Shown here in pieces: positions 8,337-16,782 of a stretch of DNA of 27,540 bases. The translations under genes and the position numbers were made by a program. The DNA comes from Allobaculum fili. GTDB lineage: Bacteria; Bacillota_I; Bacilli_A; Erysipelotrichales; Erysipelotrichaceae. The stretch is from NCBI RefSeq assembly GCF_020969955.1, contig NZ_JAHDSX010000033.1, positions 1 to 27,540 on the forward strand, read 5' to 3'. The notes below the pieces were generated by a model. It had not been told where the DNA came from. It ran no database searches and saw only the letters and a program-made list of their open reading frames with translations. How positions within the stretch are numbered: the first letter of the stretch is position 1; every line of letters begins with the position of its first letter.

Positions 8337-9540
8337 CTTCGTTCAGTCCTTCCTTTGCTGCCAGATGCGCGGCAAACTGTCTTGCCGCTCTGGCCGATCG
8401 GCCGCCCTGCGCAAGCGCAAAGGCCGAAGCCTGTTCATGAATGGCCCTGGGGTCGGCTGCGTGCAGGCCGTATTCTTCTAAAACCGCATCGACAATTTCA
8501 AAGAAGCTGCGGTTATCGGGTTTTTCAAAAAAGAGACACTGTCCAAAGCGCTGAGAAAGCGAGAGCGTTTCCTGCAGCGTATCCCGCCGGTGCACGTCGT
8601 CCCCGGTACGGGCCGACATGCTTTCCTTGACGAGATGGCGGCGGTTGCTGGTGGCATAAATAACCACATTTGCACTGCGGGCGCAGACGCTGCCTTCTAG
8701 CACGGCTTTAAGCGCCGCGAAGGAGTCGTCGTTTTCGCCAAAGGACAGATCATCGATATAGACAATGAATTTCAGCGGCTCTTCAGCCAGGGTATCGAGC
8801 AGATCGGGAAGCAGATCGAGCTGTCCCCGGCCGATTTCCACCAGCCGCAGACCCTCGGTTTTAAACCGATTGAGCACCGCCTTGATGCTGGCGGATTTGC
8901 CCGTTCCCGCGTCGCCGTAAAGCAGCAGGTTGGAACTGGGCAGATTTTTCAGAAGCGCCATCGTGTTTTCGATCAGTCTGGCGTGCTGGTCTTCGTAGCC
9001 GTACAGCTGGTCGAACGTGATCGGATCGCCGCTGCGTACCGGAATCAGACGGACTTTGTCTTCGCTGGCCAGCCGGAACATTGAATACTGGGCGAACAGG
9101 CCCGTGCCGCGGGTTTTCATCGTTTCCAGACTTTCCAGATACTCCGTTTTCAGATCCTGCGCCTTGCAGTTCCACATTTCGCTTTGCAGGCCGAGATCCC
9201 GGCTGGAAAGCCGGCTGGCTTCGCTCAGTGCATCCAGTTCATACATCGCCTGATTGAAAATCAGCTCATTTTTGGGCTGACCGGCGAGATGCCATCGGGA
9301 CAGACAGGTCGACGTGCGGCAGACCAGATCGCGCAGATAGTCCGGCCAGCTGGGATTTTCCTGCATGTAGAGCAGACCCGCAAAGCGGGCTGCGTACTGG
9401 TTCAGACTGCTGGAAAAATGCGAATGGTCCTGAATCATATCCGCAAACGCCTTGAACACTTCGTCTTCGTACAAATTGCGAAACACCGCCAGACCGCAAA
9501 TCCGATCGTAAAGCAAATCGAGATTTACGCTGCGGCTCAT
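8323..9540 (-). CDS. Uncharacterised AAA+/P-loop ATPase, DUF815-like (405 aa)
   Basis: Walker [13 protein letters not shown], Walker [11 protein letters not shown], sensor-1-like [12 protein letters not shown]. The N-terminal region of roughly 190 aa has no motif I recognise. GAAGGAG SD 10 nt upstream. The ATG overlaps the ilvD stop (ATGA) and the 3' end overlaps ilvA by 14 nt. Confidence 0.8.
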   Translation of the reverse strand: MSRSVNLDLLYDRICGLAVFRNLYEDEVFKAFADMIQDHSHFSSSLNQYAARFAGLLYMQENPSWPDYLRDLVCRTSTCLSRWHLAGQPKNELIFNQAMYELDALSEASRLSSRDLGLQSEMWNCKAQDLKTEYLESLETMKTRGTGLFAQYSMFRLASEDKVRLIPVRSGDPITFDQLYGYEDQHARLIENTMALLKNLPSSNLLLYGDAGTGKSASIKAVLNRFKTEGLRLVEIGRGQLDLLPDLLDTLAEEPLKFIVYIDDLSFGENDDSFAALKAVLEGSVCARSANVVIYATSNRRHLVKESMSARTGDDVHRRDTLQETLSLSQRFGQCLFFEKPDNRSFFEIVDAVLEEYGLHAADPRAIHEQASAFALAQGGRSARAARQFAAHLAAKEGLNEDVNA

Positions 9541-11195
9541 GAAAGAACCGCTCCTTCATCCGCGCCGTGCACCTGAGCGGCATAGCGCTTGAGATAGCCT
9601 TCGACCTTGCGCGGTTCTTTTGCGGGCATTTCTTTTTTGCGGCGTTCGATTTCTTCGTCGTCCACGAGCAGTTCAATGGAATATTCCGGAATGTTGATGG
9701 AAATCAGATCCCCGTTGCATACGTAGCCGATCAGACCGCCTTTGCAGGCTTCTGGCGAAACGTGACCGATCGAAGCGCCGCGAGTGGCTCCGGAGAAGCG
9801 GCCGTCGGTAATGAGAGCGACTTCCTTATCGAGACCCATGCCGGCAATGGCCGAGGTCGGCGATAACATTTCCCGCATGCCGGGACCGCCAGCCGGACCT
9901 TCGTTGCGGATGACAACGACGTCGCCCGGTTTGACTTTGCCGCCGAAAATGCCGGCAATGCATTCTTCTTCCGATTCAAAAACGTTGGCCGGTCCGGTGT
10001 GCACTAACATTTCCGGAGCGACGGCGGAACGTTTTACGACGCAGCCGTTGGGCGCCAGGTTGCCTTTGAGGACGGCCAGACCGCCCGTTTTCGTATACGG
10101 ATTGTCGATCGGACGAATGACGGTTTCGTCCAGGTTTTTGGCATTGGCCAGATTTTCATGCATCGTCTTGCCGGTTACAGTCATCAGATCGGTTTCCAGC
10201 AGACCGGCATCTTCGAGTTCCTTTAATACCGCGTACACGCCGCCCGCTTCATTGAGATCTTCCATGTACGTCGGACCGGCTGGAGCGAGGTGGCAGAGGT
10301 TTGGCGTATGTTCCGAAATTTCGTTGACGTTGTCGAGATCGATTTTGATGCCGCATTCGTGCGCGATCGCCGGCAGATGGAGCATCGAGTTCGTCGAGCA
10401 GCCAAGCGCCATATCGGCAGTCAGTGCGTTTTTGAACGCTTTTTCGGTGAGAATATCGCGCGGACGGATATCCTTGCGGAACAGTTCCATAACCTGCATG
10501 CCCGCGTGCTTCGCGAGTTCAATGCGCTTGGAATACACAGCCGGAATAGTACCGTTGCCCGGCAGAGCCATGCCCAGCACTTCGCTCAGGCAGTTGTGCG
10601 AGTTGGCGGTATACATGCCGGAGCAGGAACCGCAGGACGGGCAGGTGTTCTTTTCGTATTCATCGAGTTTGGCTTCATCGATTTTTCCGGCTTTGTAGGC
10701 ACCGACGGCTTCAAACATGCTGGAAAGCGACGTTTTGTGCTTGTCGATGCGGCCGGCGAGCATCGGTCCGCCGGAAACGAAAATGGTCGGCAGATTCAGA
10801 CGGGCGGCTGCCATGAGCAGACCGGGAACGTTTTTGTCGCAGTTTGGGATCATGACCAGAGCGTCAAACGCGTGGGCGAGCGCCATGGCTTCCGTGGAAT
10901 CCGCAATCAGATCGCGGGTGACCAGAGAATAGCGCATGCCGTTATGGCCCATCGCAATTCCGTCACACACCGCAATCGCCGGAAAAACGATGGGCGTTCC
11001 GCCAGCCATCGCCACGCCGGTTTTGACCGCTTCGGTAATTTTGTCGAGATTCATGTGGCCGGGAACGATCTCGTTGTAGCTCGAGACGATTCCGACAATT
11101 GGACGGTCGATTTCTTCCTGGGTAAGACCCAGTGCGTGCAGCAGACTTCGCTGCGGGGCTTTATCAAACCCCTTCTTCATTTCATCGCTTTTCAT
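9537..11195 (-). CDS. ilvD: Dihydroxy-acid dehydratase
   Basis: 552 aa. Hallmark IlvD/Edd motifs: [24 protein letters not shown] (Fe-S cysteines), [24 protein letters not shown] 7 nt upstream. Confidence 0.95.
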   Translation of the reverse strand: MKSDEMKKGFDKAPQRSLLHALGLTQEEIDRPIVGIVSSYNEIVPGHMNLDKITEAVKTGVAMAGGTPIVFPAIAVCDGIAMGHNGMRYSLVTRDLIADSTEAMALAHAFDALVMIPNCDKNVPGLLMAAARLNLPTIFVSGGPMLAGRIDKHKTSLSSMFEAVGAYKAGKIDEAKLDEYEKNTCPSCGSCSGMYTANSHNCLSEVLGMALPGNGTIPAVYSKRIELAKHAGMQVMELFRKDIRPRDILTEKAFKNALTADMALGCSTNSMLHLPAIAHECGIKIDLDNVNEISEHTPNLCHLAPAGPTYMEDLNEAGGVYAVLKELEDAGLLETDLMTVTGKTMHENLANAKNLDETVIRPIDNPYTKTGGLAVLKGNLAPNGCVVKRSAVAPEMLVHTGPANVFESEEECIAGIFGGKVKPGDVVVIRNEGPAGGPGMREMLSPTSAIAGMGLDKEVALITDGRFSGATRGASIGHVSPEACKGGLIGYVCNGDLISINIPEYSIELLVDDEEIERRKKEMPAKEPRKVEGYLKRYAAQVHGADEGAVLS

Positions 11196-11413
11196 TGCGT
11201 ACTCCTTTGGCCCCGCAAATCCGGAAGCGGATCTGGGAACCTTCCTCTTTTTTCTCTTAGGTAAATCTCTTTTCTCTTTCGTATTCTTCAGTCAAAGGCC
11301 GATATTCTGTTGGCCTCGACTGTTCTTTTCTTCTTATGGATTGGATCACTGTATCGGATGATTGTCTTCATCGGACCATGATCTGCATTTTTCCTAGCGC
11401 CTATCCGCCTGCT

Positions 11414-12769
11414 TTATTTGCGGAGTTTTACGCCGTACCAGGCAACGCCTTCACCCTTCCAGCCGTTTTCGGTCAGAAATTTCTGTTCCGCGGCGCTGAC
11501 GGTAAAGTTGTGCGCGCCGGTTTTCGCGTTCGGGTTATACGCCCTATACAGCGGCAGAGCGCTGGCCTGATCGGTATTGGAATACCAGCCGATTTTTTCC
11601 TCCGTCCAGCCCTGGCTGACCAGAAAGTCTTTTTCCGTTTCCTTCAGGGTGTAGTGATGGTCGCCGACATTCGGGTTGTACAGACGATAAACCGCGCTGC
11701 CGGTATACGGCGCGATCCAGCCGATGCCTTCATAGCGCCAGCCAAAGCGAATCAGGCTGTTTCGCTCGTTTCGATCGGCGGTATAAAAGTGCTCGCCGGA
11801 GTTCGGGTTGTACAGCCGGTACATGTTCTGATTGCCATCGCCTGGCTGGGGTTCCCACGTTCCTTCCAGCGCCTTCTGTTCGTATTCGTTGAGGGCGCCG
11901 CGCAGTTCGTCGGTCGTATACATCGTTTCCGCCGCATCCTGGAAAAAGAACACCTGTCCAAAGAGCGGTCCTGGATTTTTGCCGTTTTGCGCAATGGCGA
12001 AACCGGTCAGTACATAGCGCGGATCGACGATATTGCGATAATGGCTTCCCCGCTCTGGTTTTTCACGGGTGTACCAGTAGTCAAACGGATTGCTTCCGCT
12101 GCCAAAGGGTGTGCCGGTGGACCCGCCCCAGTACAGGTTTTCCCCGACATCAAATATTCGGGAATGATCGAGACTGTTGGAGGAATAGTCGGTCTGCACC
12201 ATGGCGACGGCCATCATCGTCAGCGAAACGCTCAGTTCCGGCTGATTTTCCTGACGGCGCAGCGCGTTGCACTGATCGATATAGTCCAGAGCCTGTCGAA
12301 AATGAGCGATAGACATGGCATCGCGGGAATCGTGCAAATCGCCGATGCCGTTTTCCAGGCCGTAAATCAGTACAGCCGCCGCTTCTTTTTCCGGACGCGT
12401 CAGCAGAAATCCAAGAATGCCTAAAGACAGCGGATCTTTCCCGTCATACAGGGCGACCCACTCTTCGACCGTTTTTCCGGAGTGCGTCATATCGATGCGC
12501 CGAACCTTCTGCGCGGACGAAAGCGAGATTCCGACTCCATCTGCAGGTACGTCACTCCTATGGACTTCCGCTTCTTCCGGTTCCTGTGCCTGCAGGCGCG
12601 TAAATGTTCCGCTGGCACCAAGTGTCAGGCAGGCGGCAAGACTCGAGGCGAGCCATGCGTTTTGTTTTTTGCGGCTGCAGATGGCTTTGTTTTTCTCTGC
12701 AGAATGGATACGATTGGTGATCCCGTGTGCTTTGAGCGAACGGGCTTCTTTACTGGACGGACAATCCAT
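11414..12769 (-). CDS. Secreted CAP/SCP (PR-1-like) domain protein with three C-terminal YNPN-type repeats (DUF5648-like)
   Basis: Start placed at ATG 12769 (AAAGGAG SD 8 nt upstream) rather than at the ORF-track ATG 12808, which has no SD. Signal-peptide-like KKQNAWLASSLAACLTLGASG. The central region carries CAP-like signatures (CNALRR, GENLYWG, YWYTREKP, GSHYRNIVDPRY). Three repeats of about 45 aa follow (YRLYNPNSGEHFYT...GWRYEGIGW and two more). The family names are from memory and were not searched. Confidence 0.7.
   Translation of the reverse strand: MDCPSSKEARSLKAHGITNRIHSAEKNKAICSRKKQNAWLASSLAACLTLGASGTFTRLQAQEPEEAEVHRSDVPADGVGISLSSAQKVRRIDMTHSGKTVEEWVALYDGKDPLSLGILGFLLTRPEKEAAAVLIYGLENGIGDLHDSRDAMSIAHFRQALDYIDQCNALRRQENQPELSVSLTMMAVAMVQTDYSSNSLDHSRIFDVGENLYWGGSTGTPFGSGSNPFDYWYTREKPERGSHYRNIVDPRYVLTGFAIAQNGKNPGPLFGQVFFFQDAAETMYTTDELRGALNEYEQKALEGTWEPQPGDGNQNMYRLYNPNSGEHFYTADRNERNSLIRFGWRYEGIGWIAPYTGSAVYRLYNPNVGDHHYTLKETEKDFLVSQGWTEEKIGWYSNTDQASALPLYRAYNPNAKTGAHNFTVSAAEQKFLTENGWKGEGVAWYGVKLRK
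11432..11824 (-). repeat. Three tandem repeats of about 45 aa within the CAP-domain protein
   Basis: MYRLYNPNSGEHFYTADRNERNSLIRFGWRYEGIGW / VYRLYNPNVGDHHYTLKETEKDFLVSQGWTEEKIGW / LYRAYNPNAKTGAHNFTVSAAEQKFLTENGWKGEGVAW (residues 329-459 of the 464-aa ORF-track translation). Confidence 0.75.
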
Positions 12770-12911
12770 GGCCTGATCTCCTTTATTTGAATTCGTTATA
12801 CTCTCCATTATATATATCGAATATATGTATTCTGAATTCTTCAGCGCGGATGGTTCGGACCGGGTACGATCTGGTCCTCTTTCCGTCAGTCTGTCGTTTT
12901 GTGCGATGAAT

Positions 12912-12940
12912 CAAAAGGCCCGTCAAACGGGCCTTTTTTC
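12912..12940 (-). terminator. Bidirectional-looking intrinsic terminator ending ilvBNC
   Basis: GGCCCG (12917-12922), TCAAA loop, CGGGCC (12928-12933). It is flanked by AAAA (12913-12916) and TTTTTT (12934-12939). It lies about 20 nt after the ilvC stop at 12961. Confidence 0.75.
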
Positions 12941-12960
12941 GGTTGCACGAGGCAATTCCA

Positions 12961-14013
<1,053 letters not shown>

Positions 14014-14103
14014 TCAAATTTACGGGCTGCTCCAAACCTTAAAACTGGATGGAGCAGATCTCGCTGCCAGTGGGCAGCGGCCAAAAGTTCCGTTCGGCCA
14101 AGA

Positions 14104-14652
14104 CTAGCCGATCAGGTCCTTGCGGTCAGTTTCCATGAAGGCGAATTCATCAAGATCGTCTTCGTACAGGTAGTGGCAGCCTCTCTGAAGCGCCACAACG
14201 CCGGTCCGGGACATTTCGAGAATGCCGTAGGGACGGACGATTTCGAGAAACGCGTCAATCTTTGTCGATTCTCCGGTAATTTCCACGCAGAGGGTGTTGG
14301 GGGAGAAGTCGATAATCTTGCAGCGGAAAATGTCCACCGCGCTGACGATTTCCGGACGGGTTTCCGGGGTGTTGCGCAGCTTGATGAGCGCGAGTTCGCG
14401 CGATACGCGCTGGGCCGGAACCATTTCCTTAACGTTTTTTACGCAATACAGCTTTCTCAGCTGCTTAATGCACTGGGAGCGGATTTTCTCGTCTCCGTTG
14501 ACCGAGATCGTAATGCGGGAGATCGCCGGATCTTCGGTAGCGCCGACGGTCAGCGAGTTGATGTTGAAGCCGCGGCGGGTAAACATGCTGGCGACGCGCG
14601 TCAGTACGCCGGAGTAGTTGTCGACCAGGCAGGCGATTTCAAATTTTTCCAT
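14104..14652 (-). CDS. ilvN: Acetolactate synthase small (regulatory) subunit
   Basis: 182 aa. N-terminal ACT domain LVDNYSGVLTRVASMFTRRGFNINSLTVG. The start overlaps the ilvB stop by 1 nt (TGATG). Confidence 0.9.
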   Translation of the reverse strand: MEKFEIACLVDNYSGVLTRVASMFTRRGFNINSLTVGATEDPAISRITISVNGDEKIRSQCIKQLRKLYCVKNVKEMVPAQRVSRELALIKLRNTPETRPEIVSAVDIFRCKIIDFSPNTLCVEITGESTKIDAFLEIVRPYGILEMSRTGVVALQRGCHYLYEDDLDEFAFMETDRKDLIG

Positions 14653-16334
14653 CAGATTTCCTCCCGCAGGGTGATGATCTGCTCCATGCTGCCTCCAGGC
14701 GGAAGCATCGGAAGTACGAATTCATCCGGATCGATTTTGACGTCGATCACGACCGGGCCGCTCTTCGCCATGGCTTTGGCGATGACTTCCGGCATTTCTT
14801 CAAGCGTATCAATATGGAATCCCGGAACGCCGAACGCTTCCGCGATTTTCGCGAAGTCGCTTTCGCGGTCTTCCAGGTTTGTATTCGAGTAATGGGCGCC
14901 ATAGAACAGAGTCTGCCACTGACGGACCATGCCGAGCACCTTGTTATTGAAAATGACAACAACGACTGGAGCGCCGGTTGCCTTGAGTGTTGCGAGTTCG
15001 CCCAGGTTCATGCCGAAGCTGCCGTCTCCAGTAAAGAGAATCGTGCGCTTGCCAGAACCAAATGCAGCACCGATCGCGGCGCCAAGACCGAAGCCCATCG
15101 TGCCCAGGCCGCCGGAGGAAACAAACGTCCGCGGCTGCTGGAACGGGAAGGACTGAGCGACCCACATCTGATGCTGGCCGACATCGGTCGCAATCGGCGT
15201 AGAGGCATCGCAATAGCGCGCCACTTCGTGAATCAGCGCCTGCGGCGTCAGCTTATGCGGATTGGCGAGCTGTTCCTGCTGATTCAGTTCCGCCTGCTTC
15301 AGATCGGCTATGCGCTGATGCCAGGAGGGATGCGTCTGCAGATTGACCGCGTCGAGCAGTCGCTGTACCGCGTCGTGGATGTCGCCGGCCAGGCCGAGCG
15401 TTACCGCTACGTTTTTATTGAGCTCTGCCGCATCAATATCGAGATGCAGGATTTTCGCCTGTCTGGCGTATTTCTTTACGTTGCCTGTAGCCCGGTCGGA
15501 GAAGCGGCAGCCGATCGCGATGATCAGATCGCATTCGTTCTGCGCCATGCTCGAGGCGTAGTGGCCGTGCATGCCTTCCATGCCGAGGTAGCGGGGATGG
15601 TCGGTCGCTACGGCGGAAAGCCCCATCAGCGTGCAGCCGATCGGCGCATCGATCTTTTCGGCCAGACGCATGATTTCATCGGAAACTTCCGCGCCCAGCG
15701 AACCGCCGCCAATATAAATATAGGGGCGCTGGCTTTCGTTGATCATTTCCACCGCAGCAGCCATCTGTTTTTCGTTGACAGTTTTTTCCGGCATTTTTTC
15801 GGAATAGCCAAGCGGCTCGTAATCCGTAATTCCCTGCTGAACGTCTTTGGGAACGTCGATCAGCACCGGACCCGGACGGCCGGACTTGGCAATTTCAAAC
15901 GCTTTATGAATGGTCTGTGCCAGCTCGTCGATGGAGTTGACGAAAAAGTTGTGTTTGGTAACCGGCAGAGTCACGCCGGTAATGTCTACTTCCTGAAAGG
16001 AGTCGCGCCCGATCAGATTCGTGGATACGTTTCCGGTAATGGCCACCAGAGGAACGGAATCCAGATAGGCTGTCGCGATTCCGGTCACCAGGTTGGTCGC
16101 GCCCGGACCGGATGTCGCAATGACCGTACCGACTTTTCCGGTTGCCCGGAAATAGCCGTCTGCCGCATGACAGGCATGCTGCTCATGCGAACACAGCACG
16201 TGCTTAAGACGATCCTGATAGGCATATAAAGCATCATAGAGGTCAATAACCTGTCCGCCCGGATAGCCGAAAACGGTATCCACGCCCTGTTCGAGCAGGC
16301 TTTCTACGATGATTTCCGCACCGCTTTTTTTCAT
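14652..16334 (-). CDS. ilvB: Acetolactate synthase large (catalytic) subunit, biosynthetic type
   Basis: 560 aa. ThDP-enzyme N terminus GAEIIVESLLEQGVDTVFGYPGG and ThDP/Mg motif GDGSFGMN...NN. AAGGAAGG SD 6 nt upstream. Confidence 0.95.
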   Translation of the reverse strand: MKKSGAEIIVESLLEQGVDTVFGYPGGQVIDLYDALYAYQDRLKHVLCSHEQHACHAADGYFRATGKVGTVIATSGPGATNLVTGIATAYLDSVPLVAITGNVSTNLIGRDSFQEVDITGVTLPVTKHNFFVNSIDELAQTIHKAFEIAKSGRPGPVLIDVPKDVQQGITDYEPLGYSEKMPEKTVNEKQMAAAVEMINESQRPYIYIGGGSLGAEVSDEIMRLAEKIDAPIGCTLMGLSAVATDHPRYLGMEGMHGHYASSMAQNECDLIIAIGCRFSDRATGNVKKYARQAKILHLDIDAAELNKNVAVTLGLAGDIHDAVQRLLDAVNLQTHPSWHQRIADLKQAELNQQEQLANPHKLTPQALIHEVARYCDASTPIATDVGQHQMWVAQSFPFQQPRTFVSSGGLGTMGFGLGAAIGAAFGSGKRTILFTGDGSFGMNLGELATLKATGAPVVVVIFNNKVLGMVRQWQTLFYGAHYSNTNLEDRESDFAKIAEAFGVPGFHIDTLEEMPEVIAKAMAKSGPVVIDVKIDPDEFVLPMLPPGGSMEQIITLREEI

Positions 16335-16517
16335 GATGAACCTTCCTTTTTTTCGATTAGGTTTGTTATATCACACCGAAATTTTCGGTGGTGAAGAAAA
16401 TGTAACAAGTTTCCAAAACTTGTGTTTATTTCCATTTTGTTACATTTCTCCTGCTCTCTGTAACCGGTTTCATTAAAAAGACAATAAATTCGGCTTTACC
16501 AGAAGAGCGATTTGTAT
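16335..16517 (-). promoter_or_regulatory. Structured 5' leader of ilvBNC of about 180 nt (candidate attenuator; class unknown)
   Basis: Nested inverted repeats: AAATGTAACAA (16398-16408) / TTGTTACATTT (16437-16447) enclose the palindrome ACAAGTTT-CCA-AAACTTGT (16405-16423). A second palindrome, CACCGAAA-T-TTTCGGTG, lies at 16374-16390. A 34-codon uORF (16331-16435) stops on the ilvB ATG. See findings. Confidence 0.3.
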
Positions 16518-16523
16518 TTATCC

Positions 16524-16552
16524 ATTCTAGGCAAGCCGATTTTTAAAATCAA
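16524..16552 (-). promoter_or_regulatory. Candidate SigA-type promoter of ilvBNC
   Basis: On the minus strand: TTGATT (16547-16552), exact 17-nt spacer, TAGAAT (16524-16529). It lies between the upstream terminator (16667-16708) and ilvB. Confidence 0.45.
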
Positions 16553-16666
16553 AATCGTTTCGGTTCTTGTTCAATCCTGTCCAAAAAGAGTGAGAAAAAC
16601 GTCCATAGTCTGCGATCTTCCCGCCAGCGGCTTAGATTCCCCTGCGCCAAACCGAATCGCTGCCAT

Positions 16667-16708
16667 TAAAAAATGCCTTCTTCATCGTTTCTGGGATGAA
16701 GAAGGCAT
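16667..16708 (-). terminator. Intrinsic terminator of the second LtaS-family gene
   Basis: Perfect 14-bp stem ATGCCTTCTTCATC (16673-16686) / GATGAAGAAGGCAT (16695-16708) with an 8-nt loop. On the minus strand it is followed by a T-run (plus-strand A-run 16668-16673). Confidence 0.8.
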
Positions 16709-16782
16709 CGTTCATTCGTTTTCTTAAAGCGGACGTATTTTTCAGCGACAGGCAGCAGGACTCTGTTTCCTGTTTTGCAAAT

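Noticed and set aside
16374-16390. The palindrome CACCGAAATTTTCGGTG as a CodY box.
   Set aside because: It resembles the CodY consensus AATTTTCWGAAAATT only partially (an AATTTTC half-site). It is kept as part of the leader finding and is not called as a CodY site.
16335-16660. T-box riboswitch upstream of ilvB, as in the Bacillus ilv-leu operon.
   Set aside because: I could find neither the conserved T-box sequence nor a specifier-loop/antiterminator arrangement, and the leader of about 180 nt is short for a T-box. This was inspection by eye only; a covariance-model scan should confirm it.
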